DNA from: an uncultured bacterium
GTDB taxonomy: Bacteria; Babelota; Babeliae; Babelales; Vermiphilaceae
DNA length: 64,000 nucleotides
Assembly: GCA_963713925.1 (NCBI GenBank)
Contig: OY970212.1
Location: 288,001-352,000, forward strand
Direction of reading: 5' to 3'
Within the stretch, counting starts at the first letter, position 1, and each line of letters opens with the position of its first letter. Below the pieces are notes generated by a model. The model had not been told where the DNA came from. It ran no database searches and saw nothing but the letters and a program-made list of their open reading frames with translations. The translations under genes were made by a program, and so were the position numbers. Below are positions 1-9,372 of this stretch, one piece after another.

Positions 1-543
1 AAGATAATTAACAACCGAGCGTATGGCTATAAGACTCGCGCGATCGGCTGGAAATGCATAAATTGCGGAACTGATAAATGGAAATGCAATTGATTTTTGA
101 TGATATGCATCAGCCAATTGCAGGCTGTTGATATATGCTTTCTCAAGCAGGCGATCTTGTGTTTGCTCATTTTTAATGATGCGACAATCTGGCCCTGCTG
201 TGTGGATAATGTGATTTACGCCTTGTTTTGAAAGAGCAAAACTTTCGGTAATGCGGGATTGCCCAAAAGGACAGCGAACATCGGATGCTTCAACGATCGG
301 ATGTTCATTGCATGCACGTTGCAATCCATATTTTCCTGCGGCTTTAAAAATGGCTCCGCAGACTCCCTGACCAGCTTGTAATTGTGGGTTTGCGGCATTG
401 ACGATAACATCAACTGATTCTTGTGTGATATCGCCTTGTTTGAGCGTGAGGGTTTTTCCGGGGAGAATTTCAAAAGTTACATGTGCGACACATGCAGGTG
501 CCCATACTAGTGTCGAAAGAAGCAGGCTCATAGTCTTTTTCAT
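1..543 (-). CDS. Macro domain protein (ADP-ribose binding/hydrolase) with N-terminal signal peptide; 3' end runs off the window
   Basis: Translated manually from ATG at 543 (not in the ORF track): MKKTMSLLLSTLVWAPACVAH...KQGDITQESVDVIVNAANPQLQAGQGVCGAIF...VNHIIHTAGP...SIAFPFISSAIYAFP; GDIT, NAAN, GxGV and HxxGP macrodomain motifs. Confidence 0.9.
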   Translation of the reverse strand, partial: MKKTMSLLLSTLVWAPACVAHVTFEILPGKTLTLKQGDITQESVDVIVNAANPQLQAGQGVCGAIFKAAGKYGLQRACNEHPIVEASDVRCPFGQSRITESFALSKQGVNHIIHTAGPDCRIIKNEQTQDRLLEKAYINSLQLADAYHQKSIAFPFISSAIYAFPADRASLIAIRSVVNYL

Positions 544-988
544 AATTTTTTCCCTGAAATAGTGTGTACCCTGTTGCTTTCAACGTACAAAAATATTTCC
601 TGTTTGTCTAATGGGTGTGGGGGGGGGGTGAGATAATACATTTTAGGCAAAAAAAAGAACCTCTGAAAATCAGAGGCTTTCGAATTTTGTCTTTAGGGAT
701 AAAATAGGAGGGAATTCATGAATTTTATTTCATGTTTCACATACACACACTTACGCACGTATGGGAACAAGCTTCAAACTACCTTCCCTACCTCTTACTT
801 TCATCATAACAAATCTCAATAACCGAAGTCAATAAATTATTCAAACTGGCTATTTTAACCCATAAAAACACATAGAAGCCCTTTTGCTCGTTTTGAAAAC
901 CTCTATAAATGTTAGTTTTTCGGTTTCATTGCTTTTTTATCATAAAATTATATATTTGTAATGATATTGTGAGGTTAACAAATATAGA

Positions 989-1739
989 ATGAATACTCTT
1001 ATTCCTATTCGTATTGCAGGCATCGATGATGCTACCAAATGTCCTTGTATTGGCAGTATTTTCATCGCAGGTGTGGTTGCAGACAAAAAAACAGTTGCAT
1101 ATTGGAAAAAGCTGGGCGTGAAAGATAGCAAGCTGGTAGCTTCTGCGCAGCGGTTTAAGCTTGCAAAGATAATCAAAGAAACAGCCTTGTGTTATTCCAT
1201 TGAGGAAATCACTCCTTTCATGATTGATGATAAAACTTTTAATTTAAATGAATGGGAAATGATAACCGTTTTAAACATAGTTATGGATTTGCAAAAGCAA
1301 TATGTTCTTGGAGATGTTCATATCGATAATTGGGAAGTCACAGAACGACATTTTAAAGAGCGATTTTTCAACATATTTGATGCAGATTTTATGCGCAGAT
1401 GTCATGAGAAGAACATTCACTTTGAAAAAGAAAAATTAGAAAACGTATATTTTTTGCCAGAGCACCGTGCCGATGAGCTTCACACTATTGTTGGAGCAGC
1501 TTCCATTTTGGCAAAGACATCTTCAGACATTCAATATCAAGAATATAAAAAGATATATGGCGATTTTGGAAAGCGGCAGTCCAGCAGATCCAAAAACACG
1601 TTTGTTTGTTTGGCAACATCGACTCAATCCTCTTCCTATCATCCGTACAAGCTGGAACACATTTAAGACGTTAGTGTCATTAGATGCTATCGAATGTGAT
1701 CCTTTCTATCGTCCCAAAAGAAAAATATCTCAACGATAG
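989..1739 (+). pseudogene. rnhB: Ribonuclease HII (archaeal/eukaryote-like), split by an extra A at ~1570-1572 (real frameshift or sequencing error)
   Basis: IAGIDD, GVKDSK and EHRADE..VGAASILAK in ORF 989-1666; C-terminal (GDFG)SGSPADPKT..IRTSW continues in ORF 1467-1739; deleting one A from GGAAAGC restores GDFGSG. Confidence 0.8.
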
Positions 1740-1786
1740 ATCGTCCTTGTTCAGTTGTATTATCCTATGCATAAGAAGGGGATAGT

Positions 1787-2788
1787 ATGGCAAAAAAAAT
1801 CAAAAAAATGTGGGTTGCGCATGTGCAAGAGACTTCAAATGCGATGGATCTACCCGAAGGATTATTTCGTCGATCGTCAAAAGGTATTGCACAAGGATTA
1901 AAGCGAGCCGCTTTGGCGAGCAATCGAACCAAAGGGACAAAATTTCAATCAGCTATGTCGATGTTGAATTTTTATATTAATCGGGCTGGAAAAAATCTTA
2001 GTCCAACTGATAAAGATCGACTCGAAAAAGCAAAAGATGAACTAAGAAAAATTTTACCCAAACGTTATCAAACAACCTCCAATAAAAAATCAGTCATCAC
2101 CATTAAGATTTTAGGAACCCGTGGTGAAATTGAGGAATCGGCGCCCTATCATTCGAAAAAATCCGGCGTGCTCATCAATGATGAACTGCTGCTTGATATG
2201 GGAGACCCATCATTTGTATCCTACAAGCCTCGCGCTGTTTTAATTACTCATTTGCATCCGGATCACGCCTATTTTGTGCGGCACCACGAAACGCCTTCAT
2301 TTGCTATGAACATTTATGCCCCTGAGGCATATGATGGAGTCAAAATAATCGTTAAAAAAAGAAAGTTTAAAATTGGCTCATATACCATCACTCCCATTCC
2401 AACTGTTCATAGCATTAAAGTTGCATCGCACGCCTACCTGATCGAATATCAAGGCAAAAGGATCCTGTATACCGGCGATATGATTTGGATAGAGAAAAAA
2501 TATCAAAAAAAACTGGGCAATCTCGATCTTGTCATCACCGAAGCGAGCTTTATGCGAAAAGGCGGTATGGTCAGAAGAAACAAAACGACAGGAAAAATTT
2601 ATGGGCATACCGGCATTGAAAATCTTGTTAACTTATTTAAAAAACATACTCACACCATCATATTGACTCATTTTGGCGCATGGTTTTACAAAAATATGCA
2701 AAAGGCACAGAAAGGGATTCAAGAGCTTGCAAGAGATCATGGCGTCAAAATCATTGTTGGGTATGATGGAATGAAAATAAGAATCTAA
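1787..2788 (+). CDS. DUF3175 domain fused to an MBL-fold metallo-hydrolase
   Basis: N-terminal WVAHVQETSNAMDL..SAMSMLNFYINRAGKNL..AKDELR matches DUF3175; C-terminal LGTRG, THLHPDH (HxHxDH), VHS, YTGD, GHT, LTHF. Confidence 0.8.
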   Translation: MAKKIKKMWVAHVQETSNAMDLPEGLFRRSSKGIAQGLKRAALASNRTKGTKFQSAMSMLNFYINRAGKNLSPTDKDRLEKAKDELRKILPKRYQTTSNKKSVITIKILGTRGEIEESAPYHSKKSGVLINDELLLDMGDPSFVSYKPRAVLITHLHPDHAYFVRHHETPSFAMNIYAPEAYDGVKIIVKKRKFKIGSYTITPIPTVHSIKVASHAYLIEYQGKRILYTGDMIWIEKKYQKKLGNLDLVITEASFMRKGGMVRRNKTTGKIYGHTGIENLVNLFKKHTHTIILTHFGAWFYKNMQKAQKGIQELARDHGVKIIVGYDGMKIRI

Positions 2789-2930
2789 TATGGTTGCGAG
2801 CGTTTTCACACTCCTTGTACACTCTCGTTAGAATACAGAATTGTCACTTTAAAAATGGTTAATAAATGTAGATTTGCGTTTTGAAACATCGATCATTTTT
2901 TTAGAAAGGATCGATCGCGAGGACGTTGTG

Positions 2931-5528
2931 ATGAGCATGATCAAAATTCCATCTCTTTCTCAGATGACCGCGCTATCTGTTTCGGATGTGATACGGGCAT
3001 TAGATTCAAGTCTTAGTGGGTTGACACAAAGTGAGGCCAGCGAGCGTCAGAAGTTGTTTGGCAGTAATAGTATGCCAAGTTATGAAAGAGGGCTTTTTCG
3101 TCTTTTTTTACAAAAGTTGAATGATCCGTTTGTCTATCTGTTGTTTATTGCGGCATCTCTTTCATTTGTCATCGGTGAGAAAATGAATGGGATGTTACTG
3201 CTTATTTTTATTTTAATTAATGCGTTATTTGGTTTTTTTCAAGAAGCTCGTGCACACAAGGCGTTGAAATATTTGAAGAAAAAGCTTGCTGCAACATGTT
3301 CAGTCAAGCGAGATGGAAAACTCATAACGATTGATAAATCACAGCTTGTTCCCGGTGATATTGTTTTTCTCGAGGGGGGAGCAATTGTTCCTGCCGACAT
3401 GCGCATTGTGGAAGATTATAATCTTATTGTCGATGAATCAATTTTGACCGGAGAGTCTGTAGATATTGCTAAGACATCAGATGCGCTTGCAAAAGGGGCG
3501 ACAGATATTTTTGACATGAAAAATATGTTGTTTGCCGGGTCGCATGTGATGGGCGGTGATGGGTATAGCGTTGTCGTTGCAATTGGCGCTCATACACAGA
3601 TGGGTGCTATTGCGCAAGTGGTAGCTAACGTTCGGCCCACGAGCAACTATCTTAAGCAAGTCAAACAATTTTCAAAGATGATCGCGCTCACCGCTCTTAT
3701 TTCGATTCCTCTTATCATGATCGGGCATTATTGGGTTAACAAAACGGCCTCGGTTGGAGATTTAATTATTTTTGCCATAGCCTTGATTGTCGGCATTATT
3801 CCTGAAACATTTCCAACTCTTATTACCTTTGCATTAGCAACTGCGGCATTACGACTTGCCGAGCACAAAATCATTGTAAAACGATTACTTTCCATAGAAG
3901 ATTTGGGTGATATAGAAATTTTATGCACCGATAAAACCGGGACATTAACAGAAAACAAAATGGTGTTGGAGCAAATCGTTTCTGATGACGCAGACGCACT
4001 GTTGCTCTACGGATTTTTGTCGGCAACGAAGCCGTTTGACCCGATCACAATTTCTTCTTCAGATGAAAAAAAGCAACGAAGCTTAGATTTAATGCGTAGC
4101 ACGGATGTATCGACCGGTTTTGATACTGCTATCGCGGAAAAAATGACACCTGAATTGTTGGAAAAAGCGGATGGTTTTGTCAGAGAATCAGAAATACCAT
4201 TTGATTCTGATCGCATTCGCAATACCGTGTCTGTGCGGGATAGTTCAGGAAACGAGTTGCTTATCGTTCGTGGAGCTCCCGAATTAATTCTAGAACTTTC
4301 AGCTCAAATCAGTCAGCCAAAAGAGGAAATTAAGAAGCAGTTTGAACAGCTTGGCAGACAGGGAAGACGTATATTAGCGATAGCAACGAAGAAGATCACC
4401 ACAAAAAAGATTTCAATTGACGATGAAAAAGACCTGACGTTTGTTGGCTTTTTTTCATTCATAGACCCCGTAAAAAAATCGGCCAGAGAGACAATTGCCA
4501 GTGCACAAAAATTTGGACTTCGTCTTAAAATTCTCACCGGTGATACGCCCGAAGTAGCCGCTTTTGTCGCACAAGAAATTGGGCTTGTCAGTTCAAAAGA
4601 TCAAGTGGTAAACGCACGCGATCTTGCCGGTATGGCCCAGGAAGATTTTCAAGCGGCGTGTGAAAAATATGTTGTATTCGCACGCATCACACCGATCATG
4701 AAATTGAATGTGGTCAACGCGTTACAAAAAAAATATTCTGTTGGGTTCCTCGGTGATGGCATTAATGATACTCCAGCTTTAAAAGCGGCCCATGTTGGCA
4801 TTGCGGTGCAAGAGGCTGTTGATGTTGCGCGCGAAGCTGCAGATATTATTGTGCTTGAAAAAAGTCTTTCGATTATTATTTTTGCGATCAAAGAAGGGCG
4901 CAGAATTTTTGCCAACATCAATACATATGTCAAAACAACGATGTCAAATAATCTCGGCAATTATTATTCCCTCGGGATCCTCTCGTTGCTATTGCCCTAT
5001 TTACCCATTCTGCCAATCCAAATTTTGTTGGTAAATATACTTTCGGATATGCCTTTACTTGCGATTTCAACTGACAACGTTTTGTCGCAGGATTTGCGTG
5101 AGCCAAAACGATACCAGTTTAATAAAGACTTCTTGCTGATTGTGTTGCTCGCAGTTATCGGTAGTTTGCCTGATATTAGTATTTTCGCACTATATCGAGC
5201 CGCGCCGGAATCGGTGGCAAGAACCCTCTGGTTTATTGTCAACATCGTCACTGAAATTGGATTGATATTTATTGTTCGTAATCGCCGCTTCTTTTTCTCA
5301 AAGCCGTATCCAAGCTTGGCGTTAATCGTTGCTTCTTGTGTTGTTACTTCCGTCTCACTGGCACTTCCATTTACAACACTGGGCCAACAGTATTTTTATT
5401 TTGTAATACCAACGATAGCTCAACTCATAACCATCGTAGGAATTCTGATTGTTTTCTTAGCTCTGAGCGAAATAGTAATGCTTGTCTATTACAGAAAACA
5501 GAATGCTCTTGAAGATATGCAAAAATGA
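2931..5528 (+). CDS. P-type cation-transporting ATPase (MgtA-like)
   Basis: LTGES, IPE in TM4, DKTGT phosphorylation site, PFDSDR, TGD, GDGIND, ~10 TM segments. Confidence 0.9.
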   Translation: MSMIKIPSLSQMTALSVSDVIRALDSSLSGLTQSEASERQKLFGSNSMPSYERGLFRLFLQKLNDPFVYLLFIAASLSFVIGEKMNGMLLLIFILINALFGFFQEARAHKALKYLKKKLAATCSVKRDGKLITIDKSQLVPGDIVFLEGGAIVPADMRIVEDYNLIVDESILTGESVDIAKTSDALAKGATDIFDMKNMLFAGSHVMGGDGYSVVVAIGAHTQMGAIAQVVANVRPTSNYLKQVKQFSKMIALTALISIPLIMIGHYWVNKTASVGDLIIFAIALIVGIIPETFPTLITFALATAALRLAEHKIIVKRLLSIEDLGDIEILCTDKTGTLTENKMVLEQIVSDDADALLLYGFLSATKPFDPITISSSDEKKQRSLDLMRSTDVSTGFDTAIAEKMTPELLEKADGFVRESEIPFDSDRIRNTVSVRDSSGNELLIVRGAPELILELSAQISQPKEEIKKQFEQLGRQGRRILAIATKKITTKKISIDDEKDLTFVGFFSFIDPVKKSARETIASAQKFGLRLKILTGDTPEVAAFVAQEIGLVSSKDQVVNARDLAGMAQEDFQAACEKYVVFARITPIMKLNVVNALQKKYSVGFLGDGINDTPALKAAHVGIAVQEAVDVAREAADIIVLEKSLSIIIFAIKEGRRIFANINTYVKTTMSNNLGNYYSLGILSLLLPYLPILPIQILLVNILSDMPLLAISTDNVLSQDLREPKRYQFNKDFLLIVLLAVIGSLPDISIFALYRAAPESVARTLWFIVNIVTEIGLIFIVRNRRFFFSKPYPSLALIVASCVVTSVSLALPFTTLGQQYFYFVIPTIAQLITIVGILIVFLALSEIVMLVYYRKQNALEDMQK

Positions 5529-5547
5529 GAATGCAATGGAAAGAAAA

Positions 5548-6102
5548 ATGGTAAAACATTCATTTTTTATTGGCATGTGGGTTCCTACCTGTATTCAGCA
5601 GGAGATACAAATTGCTCAAAATCGTGTTCAATCAATACAGGATGCTAAGATTCGCTTTGTTGATCCAACGATCGCACATATAACACTTCAATTTTTGGGC
5701 TCCATAGATGATGCTCAAGTTCTTGATGATATAAATGCGCTTCATCAAGTAAAACAAAAACCGTTTCTGTTAACTACAGGGACGAATCTTGATCTGTTTT
5801 TAAAACGAGATCGAGCAGTGATGTACATACCACTGCTCGATTCACCAGAATTAACTGATTTTGTTACGAAGTTACAAGAATCACTGAACACATTCATTTC
5901 TCTTGACCAGCGCAGTTTTCACACACACCTTACTATTGCACGCGTGAATGATATAAAAAATAAACACGAATTTATCGAACAAGTCAGGATGATTCAACTT
6001 CCACAGATGCAATTTTTAATTAATTCATTTGAATTAATCGAATCTATAAGAACTGAACAAGGATCGAATTACGTTACGAGAGTCTCATTTCTATTGCATT
6101 AG
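5548..6102 (+). CDS. thpR: RNA 2',3'-cyclic phosphodiesterase (2H family)
   Basis: HITLQFLG and HLTIAR motifs; FELIES..GSNY C-terminus. Confidence 0.85.
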   Translation: MVKHSFFIGMWVPTCIQQEIQIAQNRVQSIQDAKIRFVDPTIAHITLQFLGSIDDAQVLDDINALHQVKQKPFLLTTGTNLDLFLKRDRAVMYIPLLDSPELTDFVTKLQESLNTFISLDQRSFHTHLTIARVNDIKNKHEFIEQVRMIQLPQMQFLINSFELIESIRTEQGSNYVTRVSFLLH

Positions 6103-6133
6103 CTCACAATGAGTTCAAATCGGGTTATAAAAA

Positions 6134-6870
6134 TCAAAAATCGTCACTATCATAATCGCTATCACTCGCACTATCATCATCAATGGGATGACTGAATTCA
6201 TACGATGTTGCTCTTCCTACGGACATAGTTGCTCTTCCTACGGACATATTTTGATCATAATATTTCTTACTTGCATGGAAAAATAAATCTTTTGTGAGAT
6301 GAAATTCTTCCGCCGTATCAATTTTTGTTCCCGGTAATGAGCCAATTGTTGAGATTTTTTCCTCTAATTCTTTTTCAAATTCATTGAATAATCGAAGGCT
6401 GGCAACATTATTCTGATGTTTTTCATGTAAGAGACGATTGTAATAGAGCAGAGTCTCAACATATTCTTTTGCCTCGCTTGATCTGGAATTATTTTGCAAG
6501 TATTGAAATGTTGCGAGTTTTTTTCTGCCGGTTTCAAATACATTGTATCAATAAGTTGATCTGATTCACTTTTAGGCATATACATCCAAATCGGATGGTT
6601 TGAATGCATATCAGACTTAATACTTGCTACCAAGGAATCATAGGTTTGCATATCTAAAGGAATCCCGAGCAATGCTCTGTGAGTTTGTAAGAACATTTTA
6701 AAGTCCATGCGCGAAGCAGTGCTTAAGCACAATATGTTTCCTTGCCCATTCTGCTGCAAGTGTTTTTGGTAATTTTGATATGCCTTCATTTGTTGTTCGG
6801 GAGAAACCGGGATTTGGTCGGCACAGAAAGTTATTCCTACCATAAAACCTAAAATCGATAAAATTTTCAT
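6134..6870 (-). pseudogene. Secreted hypothetical protein split by a frameshift in an A7 run
   Basis: ORF 6364-6870 has a signal peptide; adding one A to the run at 6518-6524 joins it in frame to ORF 6134-6499; 21-bp tandem duplication (MSVGRAT x2) near 6207-6248. Confidence 0.55.
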
Positions 6871-6908
6871 ATTGACCTTTATAATGAGATTAACTTGCGT
6901 TTATTTTA

Positions 6909-6954
6909 CATCGGATTATTTCTTTTGACAAATAATCCGATGCATACTTAATAT
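6909..6954 (+). promoter_or_regulatory. Putative sigma70 promoter for ligD with a 13-bp perfect inverted repeat (operator candidate)
   Basis: CATCGGATTATTT-N8-AAATAATCCGATG around TTGACA (6925-6930); TAATAT at 6949-6954. Confidence 0.45.
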
Positions 6955-6968
6955 AAAAAAGGTTGTGT

Positions 6969-7976
6969 ATGAATTCATCACTCAAAAAACTTCCGCTTGA
7001 GTTGCAGAAAAAGATTAAAAAAATGAAAATGCCCTCATTTGAGCAGCCAATGCTTGCAACACTCACAAAAAATTATTTTTCAGACAAGGATTGGATTTTT
7101 GAACGAAAATTTGATGGCGTTCGTTGTTTGATTTTTAAAAATGGAAATAAGGTTTCACTCAAGTCTCGAAATGATAAATCACTTAATACCATGTATCCGG
7201 AAATACAAGAAGCTGCTCAAAAGCTCGATGTAAAGCAGGTAATTTTAGACGGAGAAGTGGTCGCCTTCAAGGGGAAGGAAACGAGTTTTTCACAATTACA
7301 ACGTAGACTCGGCATTACAAGTGCTGAAAAATCGTTGGCAGTTGGTGTGAAAGTCTATATCTATATTTTTGATATTTTATACGTAGATGGCTATAGCTTG
7401 CTCGATCTGCCTTTGATGGCCAGAAAAAAAATATTGAAAGAAAGCATCTCCTTTGGCGGCTCGCTCAGATATACAACACACCAAAACACTGAAGGTGTGA
7501 AATTGCGTAAGCTTGCCTGCAAGAAAGGGTGGGAAGGGCTCATCGCCAAAAGAAGAGAAGGCACCTATGTTCATCAGCGTTCGCTCGATTGGCTCAAATT
7601 CAAATGTGTGGCTAATCAAGAGCTTGTGATCGGCGGATACACCCAACCGCGCAATTCTCGCGTAGGCTTTGGAGCACTTTTAATGGGATATTATCAAGAT
7701 GGTAAACTGATGTATGCGGGAAAAGTAGGCACTGGGTTCTCAGATGAATATTTGCAAGAATTTGTCAAAAAATTGCAGGCGATAGAAATCAAAAAAAATC
7801 CCTTCGCGAACTTTAATGTCTCTGAATTGAATGTTCATTTTGTAAAACCAAAATATGTGGCTGAAATTGGGTTTCAAGAATGGACGCGAGATTACAAACT
7901 GCGCCAAGGTCGTTTTCAGGGATTGCGCATAGATAAAAAAGCAGAAGACGTGATTCTTGAGAAACCCGAGGTTTGA
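6969..7976 (+). CDS. ligD: ATP-dependent DNA ligase, stand-alone LigD ligase domain
   Basis: PMLATL, ERKFDGVR (KxDG), ILDGEVV, FDILY, EGLIAK, WLKFK, VIGGYT, GKVGTGF, EWT, F.GLR.DK. Confidence 0.93.
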   Translation: MNSSLKKLPLELQKKIKKMKMPSFEQPMLATLTKNYFSDKDWIFERKFDGVRCLIFKNGNKVSLKSRNDKSLNTMYPEIQEAAQKLDVKQVILDGEVVAFKGKETSFSQLQRRLGITSAEKSLAVGVKVYIYIFDILYVDGYSLLDLPLMARKKILKESISFGGSLRYTTHQNTEGVKLRKLACKKGWEGLIAKRREGTYVHQRSLDWLKFKCVANQELVIGGYTQPRNSRVGFGALLMGYYQDGKLMYAGKVGTGFSDEYLQEFVKKLQAIEIKKNPFANFNVSELNVHFVKPKYVAEIGFQEWTRDYKLRQGRFQGLRIDKKAEDVILEKPEV

Positions 7977-7980
7977 TAAG

Positions 7981-8028
7981 GCCCACCGCGGGAGCGGGAT
8001 CTTTGGTGCTCGCCCCTGCACAAGGGGC
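7981..8028. repeat. Hairpin fragments of the 11.1/13.7 kb repeat family
   Basis: TTTGGTGCTCGCCCCTGCACAAGGGGC is close to the reverse complement of 11072-11096; GCCCACCGCGGGAGCGG resembles the reverse complement of 14135-14153. Confidence 0.7.
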
Positions 8029-8508
8029 TTAAGTTTTTTTCGCACGTTCTAAAAGAGTTGTTAAGTAATCGCGGTACGCTCGGTGTAGTTTTCCAAGCGG
8101 ATGGCCAGGACTCATTTTTTGTTGTTCCTCAAGATTTTGATTTACTTCTTTCAACTCAGATTCTATTTCCTTAACCATTTCAGTGGGAGATTGTAATCGT
8201 GCGCGATATTTTTTAAGTTGATTGAGAAACGTGCAGACGTTATATGATTCGGCAAAACGGAGGCATTTCGGGGTATACATATCAATAAAAGCTTTGGTCC
8301 CTCCGGCCGATTCTAGCTTATTAAGAATGATCACATTTTGAGTATCGCTTGCAGTAAAGCGTTTTCTTGATTCACTTTTTAAAATGAGTATGTGCTTGGC
8401 ATATATCATTTGCGCTTCATGGAAATCGTAAAAAAGAGAATTATCTTGCGCGTGCGATATAAAAAAACAGAAAATCATTAAGAATATGAAAAATCGATAC
8501 CTATTCAT
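8029..8508 (-). CDS. Secreted hypothetical protein
   Basis: ORF with signal peptide MNRYRFFIFLMIFCFFISHA. Confidence 0.65.
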   Translation of the reverse strand: MNRYRFFIFLMIFCFFISHAQDNSLFYDFHEAQMIYAKHILILKSESRKRFTASDTQNVIILNKLESAGGTKAFIDMYTPKCLRFAESYNVCTFLNQLKKYRARLQSPTEMVKEIESELKEVNQNLEEQQKMSPGHPLGKLHRAYRDYLTTLLERAKKT

Positions 8509-8588
8509 GGTACTTTTCCCTTCGGATAACAAGTTTATTATAAGTATGATGTCTTTATATATTCATTTTGTCAATTATTAATGGATTA

Positions 8589-9284
8589 ATGATGAAATTT
8601 CAAGCAACTTTTTTTATTTTCTTGGTCTTTATCTTGTTTTGCGCCGGGTGTTCGAGCTACCGTGAATGCAAGAATAATTCTCATGAGGCATGTGATATGA
8701 AAAAAAAGAACGCACTCAAAGAATATAAAGAGCGACGCGATTTTACTAAAACTCCCGAACCAAAGCCACGCGTTTCCAAAAAATCGGGCAAAAATATTTT
8801 TGTCATTCAGCAACATCATGCAAGCCACATGCACTATGATTTTCGACTTGAAGTTGATGGAGTGCTCAAATCATGGGCGGTTCCAAAAGGGCCATCAACA
8901 GATCCGCGAGTGCAACGGCTAGCAACCGCAACCGAAGATCATCCAATGGAATATGCAACATTTGAAGGAATTATTCCCGAGGGTTATGGCGCGGGTACCG
9001 TAATTGTCTGGGACACCGGCACCTTTGATAACTTAACGGAAAAAAATGGCAAACCATTATCACTTTCACAAGCATTTGACCATGGGCATATCAAGATGAA
9101 CTTGCACGGCAAAAAGCTGAAAGGCATCTATACATTGAGTCGTTTTAAGGAACGCGACTGGTTGTTAAGAAAAGCAGATGATGAATATGCCGACGCGCGC
9201 AGCAATCCAGTCAGCACAAAACCAAAATCTGTATTAAGCGATAAGACAATCGAGAAACTGGATAAGAAGTATAAAAAGAAATAG
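8589..9284 (+). CDS. LigD 3'-phosphoesterase domain protein (alternative start 8697)
   Basis: Y..RRDFTKTPEP, FVIQQHHASHMHYDFRLE, LKSWAVPKGPS, TEDHPMEY, GYGAG.V.VWDTG, LHGKKLKG. Confidence 0.92.
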   Translation: MMKFQATFFIFLVFILFCAGCSSYRECKNNSHEACDMKKKNALKEYKERRDFTKTPEPKPRVSKKSGKNIFVIQQHHASHMHYDFRLEVDGVLKSWAVPKGPSTDPRVQRLATATEDHPMEYATFEGIIPEGYGAGTVIVWDTGTFDNLTEKNGKPLSLSQAFDHGHIKMNLHGKKLKGIYTLSRFKERDWLLRKADDEYADARSNPVSTKPKSVLSDKTIEKLDKKYKKK

Positions 9285-9372
9285 CCCTTTTTATTTCATC
9301 TCACGGGGGTCATCTATTGTGTTTTTCTATGCATTCAATATGATAAATGCAAAATTTTGTTTGCGGGGCGCG

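Noticed and set aside
216..473. 85-aa minus-strand ORF in the track
   Set aside because: Wrong frame; the overlapping frame from 543 carries the macrodomain motifs
613..630. G-rich/poly-G tract upstream of the macrodomain gene
   Set aside because: A single intergenic run; no support for a phase-variable switch or G-quadruplex beyond composition
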